A DNA stretch of 64,000 nucleotides from positions 544,001 to 608,000 of the forward strand of contig CAWFAK010000009.1 of assembly GCA_963813715.1 (NCBI GenBank). The letters run 5' to 3'. Source of the DNA: an uncultured Planctomycetaceae bacterium. Lineage in GTDB: Bacteria > Planctomycetota > Planctomycetia > Planctomycetales > Planctomycetaceae. The notes beneath the pieces are model-generated. The model was not told the DNA's origin. It searched no databases and worked only from the letters and a program-made list of their open reading frames with translations. A program made the translations under genes and the position numbers. Of this stretch, positions 41,197 through 53,155 are shown piece by piece. Each line of letters begins with the position of its first letter. The stretch's first letter is position 1.

Positions 41197-43238
41197 ATGC
41201 GACGCTCATTGCTGCTGAGTCTTGCCGCGGAGTTGGGTTTCCTCTTTTGTTCCATCGTCTCTGGCGCGGAGCCAACGCCCGAGCAGGCGACGGTCTGTGG
41301 GATGATCGTCGACGGTAAAGGCATGGCCGTCGCAGGCGTCGAAGTGAAGGTGCTGCTTGATCGGTCGATCATTTCGGCGCGATCAGATGGGCTTGGCAAG
41401 TTCCAGGTCGGGGTCCCGAAAAATCAGGCCGCGCAACTGGCGATCCTCGCAACGGCATCGAGCGGCATCGGCGTGCTTCGACTGCACGGGGAGAGCGATG
41501 CTTCCCGAACCGAGAACCTTCGCGTTCAGCTCGTCGAATCCCGACCACTCGAGGTATCGGTCACAGATAAGAACAAGCGCCCGATCGCCGGAGCGCGGGT
41601 GGGCGCACTCGTCGACCAGGTCGAATTGCCGTTTTCCGAGACAAGCGCGCAGGGGAAAGCGTCGCTGCAACTGCCCGTTCGGCGCGGTACCTCGCGGTGT
41701 TTGCTCACAAGGCAGGGCGTGGACTGGATTATTGCATCCTCGAACTGGTTCGCCGCCACGCGAACGCTCGCGGCTGGCCGGACGACGGTCGGCTTTCCCT
41801 CTCGCTCAGCCCGCCTCGAAGAGTGACGATTCGCGCGAAAAGCGAGGAGGGCCGGCCTCTGCCTGGCATTGAACTGCGACCTGAGTTTCTGGTGAAGCCC
41901 GGTGAGCCAGCGAGCTTAGACCTCTCGTCGATGCCCGAAATATATCGGAGCGAGACAAACACTGAAGGAATCGCATCGTTTGATCTACCCGCATGGCTTA
42001 AGACTCGAGTCACGTTTTGGCCGCGTGACGGCAAGCCGGTTCCACGGCGGAACATTTGGAATCCGGCCAAGCAACCCGACGGGATTGTCGATGCAGTGAT
42101 CCCCCGACCGGTCGAGATTTCGGGACGCGTGGAATTCGCGGATGGCACTCCGGCGCCGGGCATCGCCATCAAAGTATCCGGGGCCGGGTATGACATTGAA
42201 TGGTTTCAAGGTCGCACCATTTCACGAGCGGACGGCCGCTTCGCGATCGACGTCTATCCCGACGAGATCTACATGCTTGGCGTCGACGACAAAAAATGGG
42301 GCGCTCGCGCTCTCGATGGCCTCGTCGTGCAGCGCGGCACGCCGATCAGAACCCTCAAATTCACGCTACAATCGGCCGCACGCGTTCACGGCCGGGTCGT
42401 TGAGGGAAAGGACCGCAAGCCGGTGGCGAACCAACGTCTCTCGCTGCAGCAAAACGGACGCGATCTCGGCAGCCTGCAGGGAGTCAAACTGCCAAATCCG
42501 GACGATCTCGGGTTTTATGTGGCACCCTCGCTATCGCTCGCGGTCGCGACGGATCGCGAGGGCCGTTACGAATTCCACGTCGGGCCCGGCCAGTACACCC
42601 TAACCGGACCGTCACAGGTGACGCCGAAGAATATCCGCATCTTGAACCAAGCCGAGGTGACCATCAATTTCGAGTCGTCGCGGCCGGAAAAGGGGCGGAT
42701 CATCGGGCAGGTTCTCGATGCCCAGTCGCGGCAGCCCGTCCCGCGCGCCACGATTCTCGGCATTTATCGCAGCTTGCAAGCAGACGAGGACCTGCAGCTC
42801 GTGGCGGACGACCGGGGGAAGGTCGTCGCGGAGCGGCAATTACTCCGAGTGGTCCTCTACGCGCGGAGTCCGGATGGAAAACTGGCAGGCATCGTCGAAC
42901 TGGGGCCGGACGATCGGGGCGAAATCATCCGAGTCGAGCCGACAGGCAATGCCGTGGGACAAATCATCAATCGTCAGACTCATGCGCCGCTCGCGCAGAT
43001 TCCGGTTACTTACAGCGTGCGTGTCGAACGCGAAGGTGACAGTGGGTGGCGTCCAAGCTTCGGCGGCGAAACGATGACCGACGAGAAAGGCAACTTCGAG
43101 ATCAAATCGCTGGTTGCACGTACAGAATATGACATCAAAGTTCCGTCAGGGAAATACACGGTGCAGCGCGTGGGCACCGTTGTCGTCGATTCCGCGAAAA
43201 CAAAGCAGCTTGGGCGGCTTCTGTTCCAGGGACCCTAG
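41197..43238 (+). CDS. Secreted protein with tandem carboxypeptidase-regulatory-like (transthyretin-fold) domains (frameshift at about 41690)
   Basis: Repeated G.V.D..G.P..GA.V ... TD..GRF units (e.g. ISGRVEFADGTPAPG...SRADGRFAI; TDREGRYEF; TDEKGNFEIKSL). Confidence 0.8.
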
Positions 43239-43271
43239 CCCTCGAACGGCTCTAAAATGCCGCGAACGCGC

Positions 43272-44715
43272 CTAGAGCGAAGTGCCCGAGCTTGCACCTC
43301 GGCGTGAGTTCTCTTCATCGGACGGCAGGGTGCTTTCCATCAGCGGCAGTTCGACCCGCAGGACAGTGCCCCGACCAATCTGGCTCTCCAGCCAAATTTC
43401 GCCGTCGTGAGCCGCCACGATCGACTTGGCGATCGCCAGGCCCAGTCCGGCTCCCTGGCGATCCCCGTTTGGCGAGGAATCAGCTCGGTAAAAGCGATTG
43501 AAGACGCCCGACAAATGTTCTGGCGAGATGCCGATTCCCGTGTCCTCGATCTCGACCCGCACGCGGGTGCCGGTTGGCCGCGTGCGGATTACGACCCGCC
43601 CGCCGCGGGGCGTATATTTGATTGCGTTATCGATCGCGTTGAAGAAGACCTGGCCCAGCCGCACATCGTCCCCGCGGACTGCACACGGCGTCAGCGGCTC
43701 GACCAAGAGCGTGAGACCGGATTCCTTGGCGGGCGCTTCCAATCGTTCGGCGACGTCTTTCAAGAGTGCGTCGAGCCGCACTTCTTCGCGCTCGATCTGA
43801 ACCATTCCGGCTTCCTGGCGGCTGAGAAACAGGAGCTGGTCGGCCAGCCGTGTCAGCCGGCTCGCCTCGTCGGCGGCCGCTTCGAGCGCCTGGCGATACT
43901 CCTCGGGAGATCGCGGCACGCGCAGCGCCACCTCGATGCCCGATCGCAGCACGGCCAACGGAGTCCGCAGCTCGTGGCGCAGCGTCGGCCGTGAAGCGGC
44001 GCATTTCGTCGATCGATTTCTCGAGTCGATCGAACAAGGAATTGATGGTTTGCGCCAGTCGGCCCAGCTCGTCGTCGGCGTTCACGACTTCCACACGTTG
44101 ACGCAGGTCGCTGGCGGTGATGTGTTTTGCAACTTCCACCATCCGATCGACGGGCGAGAGGACGCGGCGGGCCAGTAGATACCCGCCTAAGAGCGCCAGT
44201 CCGATCGCTACCGGCACAAACGCCGCCACGACGGTGGCCAGAATCGACATCTGCCGCTCGAACGGCTCCAGCGACATGATGGCCCGGGCAATGTAGGGAC
44301 CACCCGGCCCATCGGCCAGCGCAGTGGCAACGCGGCTCTCGCCCACTCCCGACACTTCGCGGGACTCAAATTGCTGATTGCCGGGTTCCGGCGACGTTCC
44401 CAGATCGAGCGGCGGATGCCCCTCCAGAGCCGCGCTGCGAAAAACGATTTCCCCCGCGGGTCGACGCACTTCGAATTGAAACTCGCCATGGACGGCAAAT
44501 CGCGGCGCGAGATGGGCGAGAATTCCCGCGGGCTCTTTCGGCAGTGCGAGCTCAGTTGTGACTTCCCGCAGCTCCTCGGCCAACTCGCTGTCGACGGCGG
44601 CCAACAACTGCCGCCGCATCACCAACAACAACAGCAGGCTGAAGGCGATGAGCGCGATCGCCAACGTCGCGCCGAACCACAGCGTGAACCGCCACCGAAT
44701 CGGCAACCGACTCAT
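43272..44715 (-). CDS. Sensor histidine kinase, CusS/CzcS-like (frameshift at about 43977, in the H box)
   Basis: PIRWRFTLWF, two TM helices, HAMP (DELGRLAQTIN), FTADAA/HELRTPL, NAIKYT, DTGIGI, GAGLGLAI. Confidence 0.9.
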
Positions 44716-45383
44716 TTCGCGCTTCCCAGCTGATACCCCTGGCCGCGCACCGTGTGCAGCAACGTGGGCAATCCGGGACTCTCGATCTTGCGGCGCAGCT
44801 GTGCGATATGAACCTCGATCACATTGGTCCACGTCGCCGTCGGTTCCTTCCAGACGTCGCGGGCGATCATCTCCCGCGTGACGACGGCGTGGGCGTTTTG
44901 CATCAGGTAGCTTAACAACTCGAATTGCCGATTGGAGAGTTCCAACAGACGCCCGTCGCGAAAGGCCACCCGGCGCAAGAGATCGACCTCCAGCCCTTCG
45001 ACGTAGAACACCGACTGCTCCAACGAGCGGCGGCGCAACAGGGCCCGCAGGCGTGCCAGCAGTTCGTTGAACGAGAACGGCTTGACCAGGTAATCGTCGG
45101 CTCCCGCGTCGAGCCCTTGCACACGGTCGTCGATCGAATCGCGGGCGGTGAGGATCAACACGGGCTGCCAGATTCCCTGTCCCCGAAACTGGCGCAAGAG
45201 ATCGATGCCGCTGCCATCGGGCAACATCAAGTCGAGCACGATCAGGTCGGGCTGCCGCGAGACGGCTTCGCAGGCCGCGGCGACCGACGCGGTCGGAATG
45301 ACTTCGTATCCAGCCTCGACCAGTCCGCGCTCGAGATTGCGCAAGAGAGGCCGCTCATCTTCGATGACAAGCACTCGAGTCAT
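44712..45383 (-). CDS. OmpR-family response regulator, CusR-like
   Basis: VLVIEDE, LDLMLPD, LILTARD, GADDYLVKPF, wHTH ending HTVRGQGY; ATGA overlap with the kinase. Confidence 0.95.
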   Translation of the reverse strand: MTRVLVIEDERPLLRNLERGLVEAGYEVIPTASVAAACEAVSRQPDLIVLDLMLPDGSGIDLLRQFRGQGIWQPVLILTARDSIDDRVQGLDAGADDYLVKPFSFNELLARLRALLRRRSLEQSVFYVEGLEVDLLRRVAFRDGRLLELSNRQFELLSYLMQNAHAVVTREMIARDVWKEPTATWTNVIEVHIAQLRRKIESPGLPTLLHTVRGQGYQLGSAK

Positions 45384-46191
45384 TGTGTCGACGCATTGAA
45401 TGCCGAGCACTCCGACTCTCGGCTGGCCTGACCAGTCCGAGATGCCGAGTTGGCTCCGATCCGATCGCACCCGCGCGTCACGGCGTGGGAAGCGATCGGC
45501 GCGAGAATCGCCCCCGGACCCGCTGATCGTTTGGGAGGGTCACCCATTGTCTGACGGCGCACCGCAACTTCGGTAGCAATTCCGGTTGGATAAAAATGAA
45601 TTCATAATCGAGCCCAGTTTCGTCTGGACGCGGGGGGTTTGGCGTCTGTCCTCGCTACAGACGGGGCGAACGCCGCGGCTTCGGCGGCCTCTTTCACGCC
45701 GAAACGCCGTTAGCATGAGACATCTGGGATCATTGATGCGAGATTGCCTTCCCGAAATTGTCTCACTCTGAACGACGGGAATCAGTGTTCGCACTAGTCG
45801 GCATCTCTCACGCTGACGGCCGAGACCATCTTTTGAACCGCGAACAGCTCCACCTGTGGTCAACATTTGAAAATTTTCAGCTGAAGCCCCGGATCTCAAC
45901 ACTTTGGGTCCCGAGTCGCCTCTCGCGTCCGTGTATGTTCTCCGTTTGATCGATTCTTACGCCCCTGACGACTGCCAGTGGAGGATGGGGCGCCCCGCTC
46001 GATCTCTCGGCGTCGGTCGGCAGGCGGCAAAGTTTCTCTGAGATACGTGCGCCGTTGGTCCGGTAAACCGCCCCGACGAATTTCGGACGATTGGCGTCGT
46101 TATCGAAGCGTGCCGCGGTTGCGTGATAGGTTTGCCTGTCGATCAGTGAGCCGTCGAGGAATAACGCAGGACGGTGAAACCGATCGATCAA

Positions 46192-46449
46192 CGGCCAAAG
46201 GCACCCATCACCGAGGAGGCCAGCCTTGAACGACCCACCGTGTTGGACTGGTTGAGGAACGATGTCGGCCGCGAGATCCCGCGTGCCGGGCGCCGAGGCC
46301 CGGCCCGCCTCTCCCGGGTTGACGAGCGTCGGGCGGCCCAGGTGATTTTACCTGTCCGCGGCGCGTCTCCGGCCGGCGCGTTCCTCAGCCCGTCAGACAA
46401 CGAGCCTGCCCCTGTTGAGCCTTTCTCCTGCTGGATGACCTTTGCACCG
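46192..46449 (+). ncRNA. Candidate rod-like structured ncRNA with central bubble and three-hairpin apex
   Basis: End-to-end pairing: CAAAGG 46196-201/CCTTTG 46439-44; GGTTGAGGAACG 46250-61/CGTTCCTCAGCC 46379-90; TGTCGGCCG 46263-71/CGGCCGGCG 46370-78; apical hairpins 46285-304, 46305-36, 46339-54. Wobble positions are G-U on plus. Confidence 0.6.
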
Positions 46450-46450
46450 C

Positions 46451-46498
46451 CGGCCCGCGGCCTTCCCATCGGGGGGGACCGCGGGCCGCGCTTCTTGG
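46451..46498. terminator. Terminator-like hairpin between the candidate ncRNA and the convergent ptsI
   Basis: Perfect 10-bp CGGCCCGCGG (46451-60)/CCGCGGGCCG (46479-88) with further inner pairing; weak CTTCTT tail on plus. Confidence 0.55.
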
Positions 46499-46551
46499 CG
46501 GATCGCGCCGAGCGCTGCCTTCCTCGGGTCAAACGGGGCCGCAGCCAGCGA

Positions 46552-48255
46552 TCAGGAGGAGATCGACAGGCCATGGGCTTTGAGCACGTCGCGGACCTCT
46601 CGGCCCGTCGAACAGCCGAGCACGGCCGGCCCGAGCGGTGCCACGTCGGCCAGCGACAGCCCGGCCAAGGCGGCGGCCAGGCGATTGACGTGCGAGCGTG
46701 AAACGCTGATCCGCCGCACGCCCAGCGCCAGCATCAGCGGCAGGAGCAAGGAATCGCCGGCCAGTTCGCCGCACATCGTCACCGGTTTGCCCCGGTTGAC
46801 AGCCGTCTCGACCAATCGATAGACGAGTCGCAGCACGACGGGCTGCAGCGCGTCGTGATAGCTTTCGACGTACTCGTCGTCGCGATCAGCGGCGAGCAGA
46901 TATTGCGTCAGATCGTTGAGTCCGACCGCCACCGAATCGACACGACCGATCATGTCGTCGATCAGGAGCGCGGCCGACGGCACTTCGATCATCGTGCCCA
47001 GGCGGAATGGTCGAGGCGATCCCGAGGCCACACCACAAATGCGGTCGAGTTCCCCTTCGATTCGCAGCAAGGTGTCGATCGTGTCGATCATCGGCAAGAG
47101 CACCGTGACCGGGCGCGACTTGCCGAGCCGGGCGAGCGCTCGCACCTGCGGCTCGAGAATATCGGGCCGCGACAACAACAGCCGCACGCCGCGGACGCCC
47201 AAGCTCGGATTGCGATTTACCGGGATGTCGGCGTAGGCGGGCGACTTCTCGGCACCGAAGTCGGCCAGGCGGATATTCAGTTCACCATCGCCGACGGCGT
47301 GGGCGACCCGCTCGTACGCCTGAAAGCTTTCGTCCTCCGTCGGCCAGGACATTCGATCCATATAGAGGAACTCGGTGCGGAACAGGCCGACGCCGGCCAG
47401 GCCAGCCGCGGTCGCGTTCTCCGCCTCGATCGGATCGCTGATATTGAGCAGGATGCTCACCGGCACGCCGTCACGCGTCGCTTGGGGGACCGCTCTCAAC
47501 CCGGCTTGCAGCGGCTGGTTGCGGGCCGCACGGATGGCGGCGACAGTGTCATCTTCGGCCTGGCCCGGGTCGACAATTACCACGCCGGCCCCCGCATCGA
47601 TGACCACGGGGGCTCCGTCGCGGATTCGGGCGGCGGCCCCTTCGATGCCGGTGATCATCGGAATTCCCAGCCCGCGGGCCAGGATGGCCGTGTGCGACTT
47701 GGCGCCGCAAGTTTCCGTCACGATGGCGACGACCCCCTGGTGGGCATAGCGCACGAGTTGGCTCGGCACCACGGATGAGGCCACGATCACATCGGCCTTG
47801 GGGGATTCGGCGGCGGCCGTCTCATCGAGGCAGTAAACCAGGCGCTGGCCGACGTCCATCACGTCGGCCGCCTTATCGCGTACAGAGGGGGCTTCACTGG
47901 CCTTGAGCGCGTTGTGAAACTCGATAGCGGCACGGGCCACGGCCGCCTCGGCCGCCTGCAAGTTGACGCGAATCTCTTCTTCAATCCGCCCGATCAGCTT
48001 GGGGTCGCTGATCATCGTGGCCTGCGCGGTGAAGATATCGGCATCGTGAGCGCGGCCGCGCTGGGCCACGAGCGCCCGGACACGAGCCAATTCGCGAGCG
48101 GCGCGGCTGCGGGCCGCCTCGAACCGCGCGATCTCCGCGTCGGGCTGAGTGATGCTCTCGTGCGCGAGCGCGTGCGCCAGCCAGCTCCCCACGTCGACAA
48201 CGTGGATCCGTCCCTCGGCGATACCGGCAGAAACGCATTTTCCGCGAAGGATCAT
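46552..48255 (-). CDS. ptsI: PEP-protein phosphotransferase (PTS Enzyme I family)
   Basis: SHTAILAR (phospho-His), GVGLFRTEFLY, NPSLGVRGVR, GTMIEVPSAA, NDLTQY, MCGELAGD. Confidence 0.92.
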   Translation of the reverse strand: MILRGKCVSAGIAEGRIHVVDVGSWLAHALAHESITQPDAEIARFEAARSRAARELARVRALVAQRGRAHDADIFTAQATMISDPKLIGRIEEEIRVNLQAAEAAVARAAIEFHNALKASEAPSVRDKAADVMDVGQRLVYCLDETAAAESPKADVIVASSVVPSQLVRYAHQGVVAIVTETCGAKSHTAILARGLGIPMITGIEGAAARIRDGAPVVIDAGAGVVIVDPGQAEDDTVAAIRAARNQPLQAGLRAVPQATRDGVPVSILLNISDPIEAENATAAGLAGVGLFRTEFLYMDRMSWPTEDESFQAYERVAHAVGDGELNIRLADFGAEKSPAYADIPVNRNPSLGVRGVRLLLSRPDILEPQVRALARLGKSRPVTVLLPMIDTIDTLLRIEGELDRICGVASGSPRPFRLGTMIEVPSAALLIDDMIGRVDSVAVGLNDLTQYLLAADRDDEYVESYHDALQPVVLRLVYRLVETAVNRGKPVTMCGELAGDSLLLPLMLALGVRRISVSRSHVNRLAAALAGLSLADVAPLGPAVLGCSTGREVRDVLKAHGLSISS

Positions 48256-48273
48256 CGAAGGATCATGCGTGTG

Positions 48274-51200
48274 TCAGCGGATCGCGGCGGCCGGCGCCGT
48301 CGCAGGTGCCTTGGTGGTGGGCGCGGGCTGCCGACCGGCAATCCACAACACGGCCGGACTGGCAATGTAGACCGTGCTGTAAACCCCGGTGATCATTCCG
48401 CAAAACAGGGCGTAGGCAAACCCGTGCAGGCTCTCGCCGCCCCACACATAGAGCACGAAGACGACCATGAACACCGTCCACGACGTCAGGAAGGTTCGCC
48501 CCAGGCACTGGTTCACTGCCAGGTTCACCAGATGCCCGCTGATGTGCGGATTCTTCCCTTTGATTTCGCGGAGCCGGTCGAAATTCACGATCGTATCGTT
48601 GAGCGAATAGCCGGCGATCGTCATGAACGCGGCGATCATGTTTAAGTCGATCATGAAATTCTCGAGGCCCAGGTACCGCGTGAACGGCAGGTATTTGCTC
48701 AGGTAAGCCCCCACGGCGATCATGCCCAACACCAGCAAGCAGTCGTGGATCACGGCGAGCACGAGGGCCAAGCCGTAGACGATCCGCTCGAAACGGAACC
48801 AGAGGTAAACGATCATGGCGATGAAGCTCAGTCCCATCGCCATGAGCGCCTTTTGCTTCATCTCTTCGGCGACGGCTCCCTCGAACTTGTTGACCTGGTC
48901 GAAGGCAGGTGACGAGGCCATCGTCTGCTGCATCGAGGCCAGGGCCTTTTGCATGTCGGCTTCGGAGACGGTGGCGGTTGCCTCGAGCTTCATGCCGTTG
49001 AAGCGGGCGACGTCGAATTGCCCGGCCTTCGTACCCTGGCCCTCGACCCCCTTGAACTCGAACAGGTCGGAGGCCCGTTCGTATTTCTTGCTCTTGCCGT
49101 CAGCCGTGAGGATCTTGTCGAAGGCCGACACGAGCGAGTCGCGGGCCGTCGTCGTGGTGATCTCCGAGCTGAATTTCACGTCGGTCTCGTGACCGCCGGC
49201 AAACTTCGGCGCGTCAACGCTGGCAACGGCGTCCTTCTTCTGTGGCACGGAAGGAATCGGCTTGATCGGAGCGATCGAGGTCATCGTGACTTTGAGCAAA
49301 TCGTGACCGTCGAGGGCGGAGGCTACCTTCTGGCGGACCTGCTCGATGTCCTGCTCTTTGGTGCGGATGCGGAACTGCTTGCCCTCGTCGCCGGATTGGG
49401 GTTCACCCTCCAGGGTCAGTCGCTCCAGCGACAGGCTGGGGAACTGCTTCTCGAGCAGACCGCGGACTTCTTCGATCGACTGCGGCTTGGTGAACTGGAA
49501 CGTGACCATCGTGCCGCCGGAAAGATCGACGTCGTAGTTGTCGGCGCCGCGGATCGCAAAGCAGATGAGGCCGCCGATAATGATGATGGCCGACGCGCAC
49601 CAGGCGTATTTCTGCTTGCCGATGAAGTCGAAATCGGTGTGGCCGAAGAGCTTCATCATCGTCAGCTTCTTGAGCCACCGCTTCTTTTCGGCGACGTCGA
49701 AGACCATGCGTCCGAAATAGAGGACGGTGTACAAGCTGACGACGAGCCCGATGAACAGCGTGACGGCGAAGCCGCGAATCTGGTCGGTGCCGATCATGTA
49801 CAAAATGACGGCACTGATCAGCGTGGTGACGTTTGAGTCGATGATCGCCGAGAGGGCGCGGTCGAAGCCGTTATGGATCGCCATCCGCAGGCTGGAGCCG
49901 CGTTCGCGCTCTTCCCGCATTCGCTCGTAAATCAGCACGTTCGAGTCGACGGCGATGCCGATGGTCAGCGCGATACCGGCCAACCCCGGCAGCGTAAAGG
50001 CCGAGTCGATGACCGCCATGATCCCGAACAACAGGATCAAGTTGAGCGTGAGGCACAGGTCGGCCACCAGACCGGCGAAATGGTAGTAGATGAGCATGAA
50101 CACGAAGACGAGCACCGAGGAGACGAAGACCGCCGTCATCCCCTTCTTCTGCACGTCGAGCCCCAGAGTCGGACTGATCGTCAGTTCGCTGATCGGCTCG
50201 CTCACCAGCGGCACTTCGAGCGCGCCGGCGTTGAGCACGTTGACCAGGTCATTGACTTCCTTGATGGTGAAACGCCCCTCAACGATGCCGCTGTCGTGAA
50301 TCGGCTCGTTGACCTGCGGGGCCGAATGGATCTGGTCGTCGAGCAGAATGGCGAGGCGACTGTGGAAACCGTCGGACATCGGGCCATATTCGCTGGTCAG
50401 CCGATAAAAGAGCTGACCTCCCCGATTGTTGAACTGAAAGCCGACGGCGGGCATGCCTTGCTTGTTCTTGTGACTGATATGCCCGCGTCAGGTATTGTCC
50501 GGTCACGCGCCGCTCGGGCAGCTCGTAGATGACCAGCATCTCGCGAACCTTCTGCCCGTTGCGATCGACCTCGCGCTGCACGGTTTCAGAGCCCTGGTCG
50601 GCAAAGACCGGCTTTTGTTTCCGCGGCCCGCCCTCCTTCGCCTCTTCCCAGCCCACCTCACGCCACGCCGCGACCACGTGCCCCTCTTGGCGAAGGACCG
50701 GATCGGGACTGATTTGCGCCTGGCGGATAATGTCGCGATGCTTGCGCTCGTTGGCGAGGATGGCGAACTCGAGCGACCCCAAGCGGGTCATCTGCTTCTT
50801 CTTCTGTTCGACGACTTCGCGATCGCCGCCGGGGATGATGACCTCGATGCGGTCGTTGCCGACCTGGCGCACGCTGATCTGTTCCTGGGCTGCCGGGTCG
50901 AGACGTCGCCCGACGGCGCCGATCAGCCGCTGCATCACTTCCGGAGTGACCTTTTTTTGATCCTGCGCGGCCTTTTCCGTGTCGATCTGGAAGATCAGGT
51001 CGGCGCCGCCGGCCAGGTCGATGCCCATGCGGAGGGCATCCTTCGGGCTCTTGCCCTGGGCGATCCGCCAGCCGAAGGGCGTGATGGCCAGAAACACGGT
51101 GAAGAAGACGATCCCGAGTTTCATCGAGATGTCCTTCATCCGCAGGGCCCGCGCGGCGAGCGATCCCAGAACGAAGGGGACCACGATCACCAGCACGACA

Positions 51201-51304
51201 AACAGAAACATCAACCACGCCGACGCGGCCGACGGAGCCGCGGTCTTCGTGGCTGGGGTGGCCGCCTGAGCCAGGATGAGCCCGTGCAACATACTTTCGA
51301 TCAT
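48274..51304 (-). CDS. secDF: Fused protein translocase subunit SecDF (frameshift at about 50460)
   Basis: MGIDLAGG, LAILLD, LNAGAL, SPTLG, TLPGLAG...IGIAVDSNVLIYER, IIDSNVTT, GYSLNDTIVNFDRLRE. Confidence 0.95.
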
Positions 51305-51381
51305 CGATCCGGCATCCTCTGTCCGGCGCCGATCCCTCGTCGCCCGACGCTTGACTAACAAAAGTTATTTAGGGGCAGGAA

Positions 51382-51774
51382 TTATTTCGGGGCATCTTTG
51401 AGCGTGGGAGTCTCGCTCCCCTCGCCATGTTTGCGCTGGATGGCTTCCCGCACGAAAGTCATCCGCGTGTTGTCGTCGACCTTGAGGGTGATCAGTTTTC
51501 CTTCCGGCTCGATATTCACGATCGTGCCCACGACGCCGCCGATCGTCACCACCCGGTCGTTCTTCTTGAGATTTTTGTGAAAGTTCTCCTGCTTCTGCCG
51601 TTCTCGTTTTTGGGGCAGAAACAGCAGGAAGTAGAAGAAGACAATCATCATCACGACGGGCGGAGCGAGCGCCCAAATGTTGCTGAGGCCGCTCGACTCG
51701 CCGCCTGCCGGCGCGGTCGCGGGGGGATCCACCGCCAACAGTAGAATCCACGCCGCCAGATTTCCCATTGCCAT
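51382..51774 (-). CDS. yajC: Preprotein translocase subunit YajC
   Basis: FYFLLFLPQKR...LKKNDRVVTIGGVVGTI; lies between tgt and secDF. Confidence 0.95.
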   Translation of the reverse strand: MAMGNLAAWILLLAVDPPATAPAGGESSGLSNIWALAPPVVMMIVFFYFLLFLPQKRERQKQENFHKNLKKNDRVVTIGGVVGTIVNIEPEGKLITLKVDDNTRMTFVREAIQRKHGEGSETPTLKDAPK

Positions 51775-52018
51775 CGATTCTCCGCCGCGCGCAAGGGCAG
51801 CGGCTCTTCACAAACCAATCCGTGCGACATCCGGAACGACACGGCGCCTCGAATGCGCTCTCCGGACCTTCCCCCCCGGTCTTGCGCGGGCCTTCGGAGC
51901 CAATCCGAGCCGCACGATCGGCCGCGGCCAATCGTCTCTCTCCGCCCCTGAAGTCGCCGCTAAAATCCTTCGACCACGCGGCTTGCGTCCACATCCTGGG
52001 ACCCGCGCGCTCGTAATC

Positions 52019-53142
52019 TTAGACGGTGCTCTCCCAGCGAGCAAGCAGACTCGACCGCAGCTCGGCCCCCCGGTTCTCGCGGCAAGCGGCCCGCAGATCG
52101 GCCAGCAAGCGCTGGTAAAAGGCCACGTTGTGCAGCGACAGCAAAATCGGCCCTAACATCTCGTTGGCCACGAACAGGTGTCGCAGATAGCCCCGGCTGA
52201 ATCGGCGGCAAACCGGACAGCGGCAGTCCTCGTCCAGCGGCCGCGGATCCCGCTCGTGGCAGGCGTTGCGAATGCGGACCAGTCCTCGACTGGTAAATGC
52301 CGTCGCGTTGCGGCCGTTCCGCGTCGGCATCACACAGTCGAACAGGTCGATGCCCCGCAGCACGCCTTCCACCAGGTCGATCGGCTTGCCCACCCCCATC
52401 AGGTACCGGGGGCGGTCGGCCGGCAACAGGGGGACCGTGAAATCGAGGGTCGCGTACATTGCCGACGGCTCTTCCCCCACGCTGAGTCCGCCGATCGCGT
52501 AGCGCGGGAAAACCGAGCGGCAACAGGCCTTGGGCGGAGCGTTCCCGCAGCTCCGGATCGGTTCCCCCCTGCACGATGCCGAACAGGGCCTGATCGGACC
52601 GCGTCTGGGCTGCCTGGCAGCGCGCCGGCCCAGCGCGTCGTGCGATCGACGGCCGCGATCAGCCGTTCCCGATCGACGCCGTGCGGCGGGCACTCGTCGA
52701 GACACATGATACAGTCGGCCCCCAGTTGCTCCTGAATCTGCACCGCCCGCTCCGGCGACAGCTCGAACAGACTGCCGTCGATGTGCGAGCGAAAGACGAC
52801 CTTTTCGTCGTCCAACCGCGTGAGCCTGGCGAGACTGAAGACCTGAAACCCGCCGCTATCTGTGAGGATGGGCCCGTCCCACTGCATCATGCGGTGCAGC
52901 CCGCCCAGATCGGCGACGACGTCGGCCCCCGGACGCAGCGCCAGATGGTAGGTGTTCGCCAACACCATCTGCACGCCGGCCTCGCGAAGCTGATCGGGAG
53001 TCAGCCCCTTGACCGTCGCCGCCGTCCCCACCGGCATGAAGGCCGGCGTTTCAACCGCGCCGTGGGGCGTCAGCCAGCGTCCGCTGCGCCCGCGAGAGCT
53101 GGAGTCCGCGTGCTCGAGTTCAAACCGGAACGGGCTGCTCAT
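52019..53142 (-). CDS. tgt: tRNA-guanine transglycosylase (frameshifts at about 52625 and 52510)
   Basis: [61 protein letters not shown]...H zinc site. Confidence 0.95.
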
Positions 53143-53155
53143 CGGGTCGTGGCGA

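Noticed and set aside
41197..46190. Genomic island
   Set aside because: Slightly more A/T by eye, but no integrase, tRNA or flanking direct repeats were found; GC content could not be computed.
46174..46701. ORFs 46174..46701 (+) and 46188..46574 (-)
   Set aside because: No homology cues; they overlap ptsI and the hairpin, and the pairing pattern is better explained by RNA structure.
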